Below are positions 1-10,420 of a DNA stretch of 64,000 nucleotides, in pieces (position 1 is the first letter of the stretch; the number at the start of each line of letters is the position of its first letter). The DNA is from Peptostreptococcaceae bacterium (GTDB lineage: Bacteria; Bacillota; Clostridia; Peptostreptococcales; Peptostreptococcaceae). Position numbers and translations under genes: made by a program. The stretch spans positions 32,053 through 96,052 of the forward strand of contig JBOFYV010000007.1 of the NCBI GenBank assembly GCA_051654865.1, written 5' to 3'. Below the pieces are notes generated by a model that was given only the letters and a program-made list of their open reading frames with translations, made no database searches and was not told where the DNA came from.

Positions 1-604
1 TGCAAATAGGTTAGGAGAACAAATAGCATCTAAAAAGATTACTGCTATTGATGATGGTACATTAAAAAACTATTGGGGATCATCAAATATAGATGATGAG
101 GGAAATGAAACTAAGAAAAATATTTTAATTGAAAATGGAATATTAAAATCTTATATGATAGATAAATTAAATGGTAGAAGGATGAATATGAAACCTACAG
201 GAAGTTCAAGAAGGCAAAATTATAAATTTGCACCAACATCTAGAATGACAAATACATATATAGCAGCAGGAGATGATAATCCAGAAGATATAATCAAATC
301 AATAGAATATGGATTATATGCTAAGAAGATGGGTGGAGGATCAGTAAATCCTGTAACGGGTGAATTTAACTTTGCAGTATCAGAAGGCTATATTGTAAAA
401 AATGGAATAATACAAGAGCCTGTAAGAGGAGCTAGCTTAATAGGAAAAGGTAGTGAAGTTCTTATGAATATAGATATGGTAGGAAACAATATGAAGCAGG
501 CCCAAGGTATGTGTGGTTCAAGTTCAGGAAGTATACCAACTAATGTAGGTCAACCTATGATTAGAGTTAAAGATATTACTGTAGGTGGAAGAACGGAGGA
601 GTAA
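1..604 (+). CDS. tldD: TldD-family metalloprotease, C-terminal portion (gene begins upstream of window)
   Basis: Frame open from position 2 into ORF 155..604; C-terminus ...GMCGSSSGSIPTNVGQPMIRVKDITVGG typical of TldD/PmbA; followed by paralogous pmbA with a 3-nt gap. Confidence 0.8.
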   Translation, partial: ANRLGEQIASKKITAIDDGTLKNYWGSSNIDDEGNETKKNILIENGILKSYMIDKLNGRRMNMKPTGSSRRQNYKFAPTSRMTNTYIAAGDDNPEDIIKSIEYGLYAKKMGGGSVNPVTGEFNFAVSEGYIVKNGIIQEPVRGASLIGKGSEVLMNIDMVGNNMKQAQGMCGSSSGSIPTNVGQPMIRVKDITVGGRTEE

Positions 605-606
605 GA

Positions 607-1956
607 ATGGAACTAGAATTATTTAAAGAAAAGTTATTTAAAAAGGCTAAAGATGAAGGCTTTAAAGAATATGAAATATATTATAATAAGGGTGAAAGTA
701 TAAATATATCAGTTTATGATAGTAGTATAGATAAATATAATATAGAAAAATCTTTTGGTTTATCATTCAGAGGTAAACTAAATAACAAGATGGGATACTC
801 CTTTACAGAGATTATAGATGAAGATGCAATAGATATGCTTATAAAAAAGGCTAAAGATGCAACAAAGGTTATAGAGAATAATGATGAACAGTTTATATAT
901 AGTGGAGATAGTGAGTATAAATCTATAAAAACATATTATGAAAAGCTAGAAAATGTCAAAGCTGATAAACTAATAGATATTGCAATAAGCCTAGAGAAGG
1001 AAACAAAAGCTTACAATAAAAATGTTATTAATACAAATGGATGTAAAGTATCATATAATACATCTGAGTACGGGCTATCTAATAGTAAAGGATTAAACTT
1101 GAGTAATAGAAATAATTTATTAGTAGCTTATGTAGTACCTATAGTTCAGTATGAAAATAGAAAGTACGATGGCATAGGATATGTAGTAGCTAGAAGTTTA
1201 GATGAGGTTAAACCAAAAGAAATAGCTAAAGAAGGTGTAGAGGATGCTATATCTAAAATTGGATCAAAGAGTATAGCATCAAAAAAATACAAAGGCATTA
1301 TCTATAATGAAGCAATGGTTTCACTAATTCAAACTTTTTCAGAAATATTTAGTGCAGATGCTGTACAAAAAGGATTATCACTTTTAAAGGACAAAGAAGG
1401 TGAGATTATTGCATCTAAAGCACTAACGCTTGTAGATGATCCATTTTTAGAAAATGGCTTAGGCTCAGCATCATTTGATGATGAAGGTGTAGCTACATAC
1501 AAAAAAGATATAATTGCTAATGGAAAGCTAAATACTTTATTGTATAACTTAAAAACTGCCAATAAGGCTAATGTAAAATCTACCGGTAATGGATTTAAGA
1601 GTTCGTATGCATCTACAATAGGAACATCAGCTACAAACTTATATATAAAAAAGGGTGATTATACATTTAATGAACTTTTAAAAAATTTAAATGAAGGTGT
1701 TGTAATAACCGATTTTCAAGGGACGCACTCTGGTGCAAATTCAATAACTGGAGACTTTTCACTTGCAGCTAAGGGGTATTACGTAATTAATGGTAAAAAA
1801 GAGTATCCTATAGAACAAATAACCGTTGCAGGTAATTATTTTGAATTATTAAAGAGTATAGAATGTATAGGTGATGACCTTGTCTTCCCTATGAGTAGCG
1901 TAGGATCACCATCAGTTTTAATAAAGAGTTTATCAATAGCAGGTAAAAATAAATAA
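607..1956 (+). CDS. pmbA: PmbA/TldE-family metalloprotease
   Basis: 449 aa; C-terminal GTHSGANSITGDFSLAAKGYYV... block of TldD/PmbA family; paired with tldD upstream; terminator follows. Confidence 0.8.
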   Translation: MELELFKEKLFKKAKDEGFKEYEIYYNKGESINISVYDSSIDKYNIEKSFGLSFRGKLNNKMGYSFTEIIDEDAIDMLIKKAKDATKVIENNDEQFIYSGDSEYKSIKTYYEKLENVKADKLIDIAISLEKETKAYNKNVINTNGCKVSYNTSEYGLSNSKGLNLSNRNNLLVAYVVPIVQYENRKYDGIGYVVARSLDEVKPKEIAKEGVEDAISKIGSKSIASKKYKGIIYNEAMVSLIQTFSEIFSADAVQKGLSLLKDKEGEIIASKALTLVDDPFLENGLGSASFDDEGVATYKKDIIANGKLNTLLYNLKTANKANVKSTGNGFKSSYASTIGTSATNLYIKKGDYTFNELLKNLNEGVVITDFQGTHSGANSITGDFSLAAKGYYVINGKKEYPIEQITVAGNYFELLKSIECIGDDLVFPMSSVGSPSVLIKSLSIAGKNK

Positions 1957-1965
1957 GATAAATAA

Positions 1966-2010
1966 AAGTAAAACAAAGCGATAAACTAATCGCCTTGTTT
2001 TACTTTTGAC
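1966..2010. terminator. bidirectional rho-independent terminator between pmbA (+) and nitroreductase (-)
   Basis: arms gtaaaacaaagcgat / atcgccttgttttac (1 mismatch) followed by ttttgac. Confidence 0.7.
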
Positions 2011-2752
2011 CAAGAAAAAATTTAAGGTTTTCTATAATAGACCTTTCCATTTCTATAGAAAAATCAGCAGTAGTTTTTTTATTATATATTAATTCTCCGA
2101 AATTTTTAGCGTTAAATTTATTGGTTTTAGGCATATTACTTTCCTTTATTGAGAACATATTTAAGAGTTCACTATCTGAGAGTTCTTTGTATTTGTCATT
2201 AAATATTACGTATTCATTATCAAATCTATCTCTATATATTTTCTTATAATTATCTGGATAATAGCCAAGTGTCAACATAGCGGCTGGAAAGACATAGTTA
2301 GGTAGATTTAATAATTCTTTGTGTACCTCATAGTTTTCCATAATATCACCAATGTAACAAGATCCAATACCTAAACTTTCAGCTGCAACAACAGCATTTT
2401 GTGCTGATATTAATGCATCATTTACACTCAACATAAAATCATTCATACCTGGAGATTTAATATTTTCTATTTCACATAGCTCAAAATACTTAAACCATTT
2501 ATTTAAATCGGCTAAAAAAATTAAAATAACAGGTGCATTTTTTATAAAAGGTTGATTATCACAACTTATACTAAGTTTTTCTTTAATATTATTATCAGTT
2601 ATTTTTAAAATAGAGTACATCATCATATTACCGGCAGTAGGAGCCTTTATAGCAGAGTTAAGAACTATATCTAAATGTTCTTTTGAAATAGGTTTATCCT
2701 TATATCTTCTTAATGATACCCTATTGTAAATAGTTTCAATAGTACTATTCAT
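2000..2752 (-). CDS. nitroreductase-family NAD(P)H-dependent oxidoreductase
   Basis: 250 aa; N-terminal RVSLRRYKDKPISKEHLDIVLNSAIKAPTAGNMM motif typical of nitroreductase fold. Confidence 0.7.
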   Translation of the reverse strand: MNSTIETIYNRVSLRRYKDKPISKEHLDIVLNSAIKAPTAGNMMMYSILKITDNNIKEKLSISCDNQPFIKNAPVILIFLADLNKWFKYFELCEIENIKSPGMNDFMLSVNDALISAQNAVVAAESLGIGSCYIGDIMENYEVHKELLNLPNYVFPAAMLTLGYYPDNYKKIYRDRFDNEYVIFNDKYKELSDSELLNMFSIKESNMPKTNKFNAKNFGELIYNKKTTADFSIEMERSIIENLKFFLGQK

Positions 2753-3049
2753 ATTTATACCTCCTATAGATTAAATTTGTAGCATTTTAAATAAGATTAG
2801 ACAATGTAGACTATATTTCCTTTAAAAAGAGTATAATGATTTTAACTTAAATAACTTCAAAAAATATTGTATACATAATGTAATATAAGTATAAAAATAT
2901 AACAAATTAATACTTAGAAATTAACAAATGAGAATTATTAAGGGTTAAAATGGAATTAAATGGAATAATTTAGATAAATTTATTGTAGAACTTAAGCGTA
3001 ATATGCTAATATTATAAAGGATATATATATTTATGAGGGAGATAGGCTA

Positions 3050-4090
3050 ATGAAGATTTCAAAAGAAATATTATCTAGATATGAAGATAAAGAAATTATA
3101 TCTTACAATGTAAAGTTTGACAACGGATTTGAAGTAGAAGTTTTAAACTTAGGGGGAATTATAACAAAAATTATTACCCCGGACATAAATGGTAAATTAG
3201 AAAATATTGTATTAGGATATAAAGATATAGAAAGTTACATTGAAAATCCATCATATTTTGGAGCTATAATAGGAAGAACATCAGGGAGAATTTGTGATGG
3301 TTTAGTTAATATAGATGGTAATAAATATGATTTAGCAAAAAATTATAATCCTCATCAAGGTCATGGTGGAAATGTAGGGTTTAGTAAAAAAATATGGGAT
3401 GTAGAAATAGATGAAAAAGAAAATAGTGCTACAATAAAGTTGAAAAATATTAGTGACGATATGGAAGAAAATTACCCAGGAAAAGTTGAAGCGATTGTTT
3501 CGTTTGAAATATATGAAAATTATATTATTGAACAGACGTATGAAGCGATAGCAGATAAAACAACATTAATTAATTTAACAAATCATAGCTATTTTAATTT
3601 AAGTGGTAATATAAAAAGTCCAATAACAGAACAATACTTAACGTTAGCTTCTGATTATATATTAGAAATAGATGAAACTTGTGCTACTACAGGCAAAAAA
3701 ATAAACGTAGAACAAACTCCTTTTGACTTTAGAAAAACAGAGTGTATAGGAGATAGAATAGATGATAATCATAAACAAATACAAATTGGGTGTGGATATG
3801 ATCACTCATTTTTATTAAATAATACTGAAGAACAAATTTCTTTAGTAGATAATGTGAGTAGAAGAAGTATGACAATAAGTACAAATCAAAAGTGTGCAGT
3901 AATATATAGCATGAATTTCCCGGACAATGTTCCTTTATATAATGGAAAAGACACTCAAAGAAGATACGGTATATGTTTTGAAACGCAAGCACCTCCTATA
4001 GGAAGAGGTCTGTGCTTTATAGAAGATTCAATAATCAACAAAGATGATAAATATCTTCAAAAAACAACTTATAAATTTTCAATAAAATAA
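3050..4090 (+). CDS. galM: aldose 1-epimerase (galactose mutarotase) family protein
   Basis: 346 aa; RTSGRI...GHGGNVGFSKKIWDVE motifs of aldose epimerase; RBS gagggag upstream. Confidence 0.7.
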   Translation: MKISKEILSRYEDKEIISYNVKFDNGFEVEVLNLGGIITKIITPDINGKLENIVLGYKDIESYIENPSYFGAIIGRTSGRICDGLVNIDGNKYDLAKNYNPHQGHGGNVGFSKKIWDVEIDEKENSATIKLKNISDDMEENYPGKVEAIVSFEIYENYIIEQTYEAIADKTTLINLTNHSYFNLSGNIKSPITEQYLTLASDYILEIDETCATTGKKINVEQTPFDFRKTECIGDRIDDNHKQIQIGCGYDHSFLLNNTEEQISLVDNVSRRSMTISTNQKCAVIYSMNFPDNVPLYNGKDTQRRYGICFETQAPPIGRGLCFIEDSIINKDDKYLQKTTYKFSIK

Positions 4091-4101
4091 ATATAATTAA
4101 T

Positions 4102-4140
4102 AGAGTGTGGATATTATTTCTACACTCTTTATTTTTAAAA
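4102..4140 (+). terminator. rho-independent terminator
   Basis: agagtgtgg...ctacactct hairpin then ttatttttaaaa. Confidence 0.7.
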
Positions 4141-4176
4141 AACGTACATTGTATACAATAACAAAAGGAGTAAAAT

Positions 4177-5322
4177 ATGAAAAATGTTAGTGTAAGAAAG
4201 TGTAATGACTATAGTTATGAAAATGTTAAAGTATCTATAGAAAAACTAATTGAAGATTTGGGAGGTTTAGACAAATATATAAAACCTAACAGTAAGGTAT
4301 TAGTTAAACCGAACTTACTTATGAAAAAAACACCAGAGGAAGCGACTACAACTCATCCTATGGTGGTAAGGGTAGTATGTGAAAAGCTGCTTGAACTAAA
4401 TTGTAAAGTAACAATAGCTGATAGTCCAGGAGGACCTTATACTATAGCATCATTAAAAAGTATTTATAAGTCAACAGGACTAGAAGAAGTAGCAAAGGAT
4501 TTAAATATAGATTTAAATTATGATATATCGGAAATAAAGGTAGAAAATGAAAATGCGAATGCACTTAGATATATGGATATAATAAAACCTATAAAAGATG
4601 CTGATTGTGTAGTGAATTTATGCAAATTAAAAACGCACCAAATGGCTACCTTTACAGGTGGGACAAAAAACTTGTACGGATGTATAGCGGGACTAAAGAA
4701 GGCAGAAATTCACTATAGATTTCCGACGGAAGAACTATTTTGTCAAGACGTATTGCTAGATATATGCTCATATATAAACCCAACACTTACTATAATGGAT
4801 GGGATTGTTGGTATGGAAGGAGAAGGACCATCTGCAGGAGTGCCAAGAAAAATTGGTGCAGTTCTAGCATCCTCTAGTCCATATGCAATAGATTATGTAG
4901 CATGTAAATTGATAAACCTAGAGGCAAAAAGAGTACCTACATTAATAGGAGCTATAAAAAGAGATTATATAAAAGAGGATGCTTCAGATATAAATATTAT
5001 AGGTGATGATATTAATCCAATAATTATATATGATTTTGATATTCCAAATACAAGTAAGGACTTTAGGTTATTGTCATCAAGTTTGCCTAAATTTATTCAT
5101 GAACCTTTAACTAAGATGATTACACCTAAACCTTCAATAAGGCATAAAGATTGTATAAAATGCAGTAAGTGTATAGAAGCTTGTCCGGCAAAAGTAATGA
5201 AACTAAAAGATAAAGTTGAAATAGATTTATCTAAATGTATAAGATGTTATTGTTGTCATGAATTATGTCCTAAAAAGGCTGTAGATATAAAGCGTAGTTT
5301 TATATTTAAACTTATAAAATAA
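4177..5322 (+). CDS. DUF362-domain protein with C-terminal 2x[4Fe-4S] ferredoxin domain
   Basis: 381 aa; C-terminal CIKCSKCIEACP and CIRCYCCHELCP cysteine motifs; RBS aaaggag. Confidence 0.6.
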   Translation: MKNVSVRKCNDYSYENVKVSIEKLIEDLGGLDKYIKPNSKVLVKPNLLMKKTPEEATTTHPMVVRVVCEKLLELNCKVTIADSPGGPYTIASLKSIYKSTGLEEVAKDLNIDLNYDISEIKVENENANALRYMDIIKPIKDADCVVNLCKLKTHQMATFTGGTKNLYGCIAGLKKAEIHYRFPTEELFCQDVLLDICSYINPTLTIMDGIVGMEGEGPSAGVPRKIGAVLASSSPYAIDYVACKLINLEAKRVPTLIGAIKRDYIKEDASDINIIGDDINPIIIYDFDIPNTSKDFRLLSSSLPKFIHEPLTKMITPKPSIRHKDCIKCSKCIEACPAKVMKLKDKVEIDLSKCIRCYCCHELCPKKAVDIKRSFIFKLIK

Positions 5323-5430
5323 AAATATTATTAAGTATATTATAAATGAGTATAAATATTGTATATAAAAAAATATTATGTTATTCTTTTATATAACAAA
5401 GATAAATATTAGGAACATATGAGGTACTAT

Positions 5431-5904
5431 ATGAAAATAAATGAATTATTAAACTTTATAGATAATGAAAATGATAAAAATATTATAAATAAAATGCTAC
5501 TAGATAAAGAAGAAACGCTAAATACATTTATTTCAAGTGTTATAAGTGATTTACTAAATGGCCTTTTATTAGAAGATGAATTTAAAGTAAATGCTAACAA
5601 TAATATAAAAAGTTATGATGATATTTCTTTAGGAGAGATAGCTACATTTACAGCACTAATTCCTTATGTACAATTAGCGTTAAAAGAAAATAAAGATGGA
5701 TATACAATATCAACATCATTTGTTGAAGCATTAATTAGTTATATAGTGGGATGTATAGCTAGAGATGAATTTAAAAAGCAACTTATTCAAATAAAAATAA
5801 TTTTAAATATATCTGATAAATTATATGAAGCAATGATTAAATATTTTAGTTATCAAAAAAATGATATTACTATAAAAATATTAGAAAATACCTATGGAGC
5901 CTAA
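5431..5904 (+). CDS. hypothetical protein
   Basis: ORF 5419..5904; ATG at 5431 has better RBS spacing (gagg 7 nt upstream). Confidence 0.45.
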   Translation: MKINELLNFIDNENDKNIINKMLLDKEETLNTFISSVISDLLNGLLLEDEFKVNANNNIKSYDDISLGEIATFTALIPYVQLALKENKDGYTISTSFVEALISYIVGCIARDEFKKQLIQIKIILNISDKLYEAMIKYFSYQKNDITIKILENTYGA

Positions 5905-5920
5905 ACCATAGGTATTTTTT
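5891..5920 (+). terminator. rho-independent terminator
   Basis: cctatgg agcctaaa ccatagg followed by tatttttt. Confidence 0.7.
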
Positions 5921-6111
5921 AATAAACAAAAAAGGGGAGGACAATATGCTAAAATGATAAACAAGAATACTTGCCCTAAATATAATATTTACTTTTTATA
6001 AAAAATTATGACAGAAAAAGAAGGTAGAAATTACTTTTATTGGGTATGAATTATATTATTATTAGATTTATGATATAATAAGGAAAGACAATAATACTTA
6101 GGAGTGAAAAT

Positions 6112-6414
6112 ATGGAATTAGAAATATTTATATCACAAACTGCAAAAGCAGAACTTGATAAATTATTAGAAAATAGCGATAAAAAATATATAAGAGTTTT
6201 AACAAGAAGACCATCTATATATGAGCAAGCGACTTTTGACTTAGAGCTTGATGATGTAAAATCAAATGATATTACATTTTTTGTAGATGATTATAAGGTT
6301 ATAATAGAGGTTACCTTAGCTTCTCAATTAGAAAGTGTAAGTATATCTTACGGGGGATTATTTAGTAGAGATAAATTCTGTGTTGATGCAGACTTAGGAA
6401 TTTTCCGTTATTAA
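6112..6414 (+). CDS. small HesB/YneR-like domain protein (hypothetical)
   Basis: 100 aa; architecture resembles the cysteine-less HesB-like YneR family; RBS aggag. Confidence 0.4.
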   Translation: MELEIFISQTAKAELDKLLENSDKKYIRVLTRRPSIYEQATFDLELDDVKSNDITFFVDDYKVIIEVTLASQLESVSISYGGLFSRDKFCVDADLGIFRY

Positions 6415-6418
6415 AAAG

Positions 6419-6448
6419 AACATAGCTAGATGGCTATGTTTTTTTTAA
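6419..6448. terminator. bidirectional terminator
   Basis: aacatagctagatggctatg hairpin followed by tttttttt; lies between convergent genes. Confidence 0.65.
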
Positions 6449-6704
6449 TATAATTTAGAGAGTCATTAAAATTATTAAAACTCTTTTTGTCAATTATAAG
6501 TCTTTCAATACCTTTATAAAAATTTTTCTCATCAAACACTTTATCAATGCTAACTTCAATATAATCATCAAAAACACTTATATAAATACACTTAGTGTAC
6601 TTATGAAAAATCTTGAATATGACAGCTTTGTTACTAGTAGTTTTAATAAAAATAAAATTACGTAAATCTATATTATCTTTGATGTGATTTAAAAAATTAT
6701 CCAT
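6426..6704 (-). CDS. hypothetical protein
   Basis: 92-aa ORF with an AT-rich promoter-like region upstream on the minus strand; no recognisable domain. Confidence 0.4.
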   Translation of the reverse strand: MDNFLNHIKDNIDLRNFIFIKTTSNKAVIFKIFHKYTKCIYISVFDDYIEVSIDKVFDEKNFYKGIERLIIDKKSFNNFNDSLNYIKKNIAI

Positions 6705-6942
6705 GTAATTGTAACTCCTTTAAAATTAGATATAGATTCTTTTAATGTTAAATAGTTTAGAAATACATACATATTATTGACAAAAACATAAAAAATATAT
6801 TTTTGAAATGTAAAATTTATAGAAAAATATTACGACATATAAATTATCAATTATATTTGTTCATAAAAAATAATTAATAAAATAGACTATAATATAGTAT
6901 TAAAATAGTTAGAAAAATGTTATTAAAAGAAGGGAGAAAAAT

Positions 6943-7689
6943 ATGAATCCAATTATAGGTATTTTATCAAATTTAACTCCTACAAATGATTCAGCATCAT
7001 TACAAGAGAAAGTATATGTAAATAATACATATATATCAGCTGTAGAAAAAGCAGGAGGGGTTCCTATTATAATACCTGTTAATACAAATAGAGATAATAT
7101 TAAACGTCAAATGGATTTAATAGATGGATTGATAATTTCAGGCGGGGCAGATATTAATCCGATTTTATATAAAGAAGAACCACTAGTAGGCCTTGGATAT
7201 TTTGATAATGATAATGATGAATTTGATATAATAGCTACAAGAATAGCCTTAATTTTAGATAAACCAATACTTGGGATTTGTAGAGGACTTCAGGTACTAA
7301 ATGTGTGCTTAGGAGGAACCTTATACCAAGATATAAATCATATAGAAGGTAGTTATATAAAGCACTCACAAGGTGCTAAAAGATTCATGGGAAGTCATTC
7401 GATTACAATAAGTGAATGGAGTAAACTAGCAGAAATACTTGGAACCGATAGTATTGTAAATAGCTTTCATCATCAAAGTGTAAAAGATCTAGGCAAAGGA
7501 TTGGTTGTAAGTGCCTCTGCTAAGGACGGTGTTATTGAAGCTATAGAATTAAAAGGAGATAAATATGCAATTGGAGTGCAGTGGCATCCTGAAGAAATGA
7601 TAGAAGAAAATGAAAATATGCTACTCTTATTTAAAAAGCTAGTAGGTATTGCAAAACAAAAGAAAGAAGAAAAAGAAGATAATGAATAG
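6943..7689 (+). CDS. gamma-glutamyl-gamma-aminobutyrate hydrolase family (peptidase C26, class I glutamine amidotransferase-like)
   Basis: 248 aa; GICRGLQVLNV catalytic-Cys motif and HHQ.. / WHPE motifs. Confidence 0.75.
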   Translation: MNPIIGILSNLTPTNDSASLQEKVYVNNTYISAVEKAGGVPIIIPVNTNRDNIKRQMDLIDGLIISGGADINPILYKEEPLVGLGYFDNDNDEFDIIATRIALILDKPILGICRGLQVLNVCLGGTLYQDINHIEGSYIKHSQGAKRFMGSHSITISEWSKLAEILGTDSIVNSFHHQSVKDLGKGLVVSASAKDGVIEAIELKGDKYAIGVQWHPEEMIEENENMLLLFKKLVGIAKQKKEEKEDNE

Positions 7690-7764
7690 GTAAAATATTG
7701 GAATTTAGAAAAAATTATAATATAATCAAATAGACAGAATTATATAAAAACATAGGGGGCAAAT

Positions 7765-8616
7765 ATGAAGAATATCGTATCGCCAAATTGGTTAAAAGAA
7801 AACATCAATAATAAAAAATTAGTTATAGTTGATTGTAGGTTTGACTTAAATGACAAAGAATATGGAAAAAAACAATATGAAAAAGAACACATAAAAGGTG
7901 CTAAAAGAGTTGATATAGAAACAGAACTATCAAGCGAAATAAAAGAATATGGAGGCAGACACCCATTACCTTCAATAAAAAAACTAGAAGAAGTCTTTAG
8001 TAATATAGGAATTAATACAGACTCAATAGTTGTAGCTTATGATGAAGGAGACTTAGCAGGACCATCTAGATTATGGTGGATACTTAAATATTTGGGTCAT
8101 AAAGAAGTCTATGTTTTAGAGGGTGGAATAAATGTATTTAAATCTATTAGTGGAGAAGTAACTAATAAAATAGAGGAAAGTAAAAAAGGCGACTTTAAAG
8201 CAAATTCACTAGAAGAACTAAAAGCAGATATGGAGTATGTAAAAAGTAGAGTAAATAATAATAAGATTGCAATAATAGATTCGAGAGAACATAAAAGATA
8301 TCTTGGAGAGTTTGAACCAGTGGATATAAAAGCGGGACATATACCAGGGGCCCTAAATTATTTTTGGATGGATATACTAGATAAAAAAGATAATTATATT
8401 TCATTAAAATCACTAAAAGAACTAAATGAAATATTTAAAGAGCTAAGAGTATATGATGAAGTAATAGTTTACTGTGGATCAGGAATCACAGCCTGTTCAA
8501 ATAGCTTAGCGTTAGATGAAATCAATATAAAGCACAAAGTATACTGTGGTAGCTTTAGTGACTGGATAAGCTATGAAGGTAATGAGGTGCAAACAGGAAT
8601 TAATGATAAAAATTAA
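7765..8616 (+). CDS. tandem-rhodanese sulfurtransferase (3-mercaptopyruvate/thiosulfate sulfurtransferase-like)
   Basis: 283 aa; two rhodanese halves; active-site CGSGITAC. Confidence 0.75.
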   Translation: MKNIVSPNWLKENINNKKLVIVDCRFDLNDKEYGKKQYEKEHIKGAKRVDIETELSSEIKEYGGRHPLPSIKKLEEVFSNIGINTDSIVVAYDEGDLAGPSRLWWILKYLGHKEVYVLEGGINVFKSISGEVTNKIEESKKGDFKANSLEELKADMEYVKSRVNNNKIAIIDSREHKRYLGEFEPVDIKAGHIPGALNYFWMDILDKKDNYISLKSLKELNEIFKELRVYDEVIVYCGSGITACSNSLALDEINIKHKVYCGSFSDWISYEGNEVQTGINDKN

Positions 8617-8628
8617 AAATACAACTAT

Positions 8629-8664
8629 AAAAAAGAAGGAGGTTAAAATCTCCTTCTTTTTTCA
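8629..8664. terminator. bidirectional terminator
   Basis: aaaaagaaggagg ttaaaat ctccttctttttt. Confidence 0.7.
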
Positions 8665-8666
8665 CT

Positions 8667-8993
8667 TTACTCAGATCTATTTATGCTATCTTCGCTACTA
8701 AAACCATTAGGATATCTCTTTTTTAATTTATCAATATTACCAGTAGCTACATCACTTAACTGGATATCTAATACATTACAAATATTAGATAAATACCACA
8801 TCACATCACCTAATTCTTTTACTACTTCCTCAACATCTAGCTCATGGTTGTGATATAAGTGTTTTTTTATTATATCTCCAAACTCACCAGCCTCACATAC
8901 TAGGCCAAGTGTATAGTTTGTTAATTCTGATTCATTAAAACTTCTAGTTCTTTGAACTTGATTTTGATATTCTTTAAATGTATCAATGCTCAT
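8667..8993 (-). CDS. MazG-like nucleotide pyrophosphohydrolase domain protein
   Basis: EAGEFGDIIKKH...ELGDVMWYLSNIC motifs of MazG/HisE-like NTP-PPase; start moved to MSIDTFKEY (ATG 8993) because GGAGGGAAGTA RBS precedes it. Confidence 0.6.
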   Translation of the reverse strand: MSIDTFKEYQNQVQRTRSFNESELTNYTLGLVCEAGEFGDIIKKHLYHNHELDVEEVVKELGDVMWYLSNICNVLDIQLSDVATGNIDKLKKRYPNGFSSEDSINRSE

Positions 8994-9195
8994 TACTTCC
9001 CTCCATAATAAATATAATAATATAGACATTATTTTACCAAATAATACAAAAATAATAAACAAAGATATAAAATACATTTACCCAAATAGGTATTATGTTT
9101 TATAATTAAATATATCTAAAGTGTTAAAAAACGTTTTACAAAAACGGAATGTATATATGCAAGTATCTGTTTAAGGATTGTAAGTGGAGGGTATT

Positions 9196-9690
9196 ATGAA
9201 TAAAACAAGAATAAATTTATTAATATGTGTATCTATAATAGCGATTGGATTTATACTTTTGGGGATAAAGAGTGAATTCAAAGTAAATAACTCATTGGAA
9301 TTTGATAAAGTAGATGTAGTATCAACTTGGACCTATGATAATGAAAAACAAGTACATAATTATGGATTTGATATAACAAATATTGAAACAAATATTATAA
9401 GCGATGAATTATTAAACTCAAAACTAAAAAGAGGAAGTATAAAAGATTGTCCAAATAATGAAACTAAGGAAGTTACTATTTTATTAGATGGAGAAAAGAT
9501 AAAAGACAAAGGCGATATATTATATTTATATGAAACAAAAATATATCTTAAGAATATAAATGATAAAAGCACATATTTATATATAGAAATATTAGATATT
9601 GATAATAAAAGCTTAAAAACCATTATAGAAAGACATTACACTATTGAGTCAAAAACTTTAGCTGATGCAATAAATAATCTGTACAAATAA
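9196..9690 (+). CDS. membrane-anchored hypothetical protein
   Basis: N-terminal TM helix INLLICVSIIAIGFILLG; RBS gtggaggg before ATG 9196. Confidence 0.45.
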   Translation: MNKTRINLLICVSIIAIGFILLGIKSEFKVNNSLEFDKVDVVSTWTYDNEKQVHNYGFDITNIETNIISDELLNSKLKRGSIKDCPNNETKEVTILLDGEKIKDKGDILYLYETKIYLKNINDKSTYLYIEILDIDNKSLKTIIERHYTIESKTLADAINNLYK

Positions 9691-9737
9691 TAAAAGATAA
9701 AAATGTATCTAACGCTAATATAAAGAGAGGTTAAAAT

Positions 9738-10283
9738 ATGAATGAACAAATTTTAAAAAGATGTATAATGATATTTCCTGAGTTTGAAAATATGGAAATA
9801 ATAGATAAAATCAGAGAAAAATATGACCCATTTGCAAACAATGTAGGACCACATGTTACATTGGTATTTCCTTTTGATAGTTCTATTAAATCAGAGGATT
9901 TAAAAGAGTATCTAAAAGAACATCTAAAAGATAAAAAGACATTTGAAATTAGATTAAAAGATATTATTAAAATAGATGATGATACAGGTAAATTTTTATT
10001 TTTAACAGTAAAAGATGGTAATGAAAAAGTAAAAGAGTTAAATAAACTTTTATACAGCGGTATTTTAAAAAAGTATAAACCTGGATTTTTGAATACTGTG
10101 GAGTTTATGCCTCATATGACTTTAGGAAAATTTGATTCTAGTGAAAAACTAAACATAGCATATGAAAATATAAAAAATATGCAAGATGAATTTAAATCAA
10201 CAGTAAAAAAGGTATCAGTTGAAATTATAGATGAAAATATGGATTCGATCATTGAAATGGAAATAGATTTAAAGGAAAAGTAA
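9738..10283 (+). CDS. 2H phosphoesterase superfamily protein (LigT/YjcG-like 2'-5' RNA ligase family)
   Basis: 181 aa with two H-x-T-x motifs (HVTLVFPF, HMTLGKF) at the expected spacing. Confidence 0.6.
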   Translation: MNEQILKRCIMIFPEFENMEIIDKIREKYDPFANNVGPHVTLVFPFDSSIKSEDLKEYLKEHLKDKKTFEIRLKDIIKIDDDTGKFLFLTVKDGNEKVKELNKLLYSGILKKYKPGFLNTVEFMPHMTLGKFDSSEKLNIAYENIKNMQDEFKSTVKKVSVEIIDENMDSIIEMEIDLKEK

Positions 10284-10284
10284 G

Positions 10285-10335
10285 TACATAAATAAAGTAG
10301 ACAATAAAATTTGTCTACTTTATTTATGTATATAT
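10285..10335 (+). terminator. rho-independent terminator with a 19-bp perfect stem
   Basis: acataaataaagtagacaa ataaaat ttgtctactttatttatgt. Confidence 0.7.
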
Positions 10336-10420
10336 GAAATTTATGTTAAAAGAACTATATTAAAAAAATTATACATTATAATAATAGATATGAAGAAAGC
10401 ATTAATAAACTTAAAGTGAT

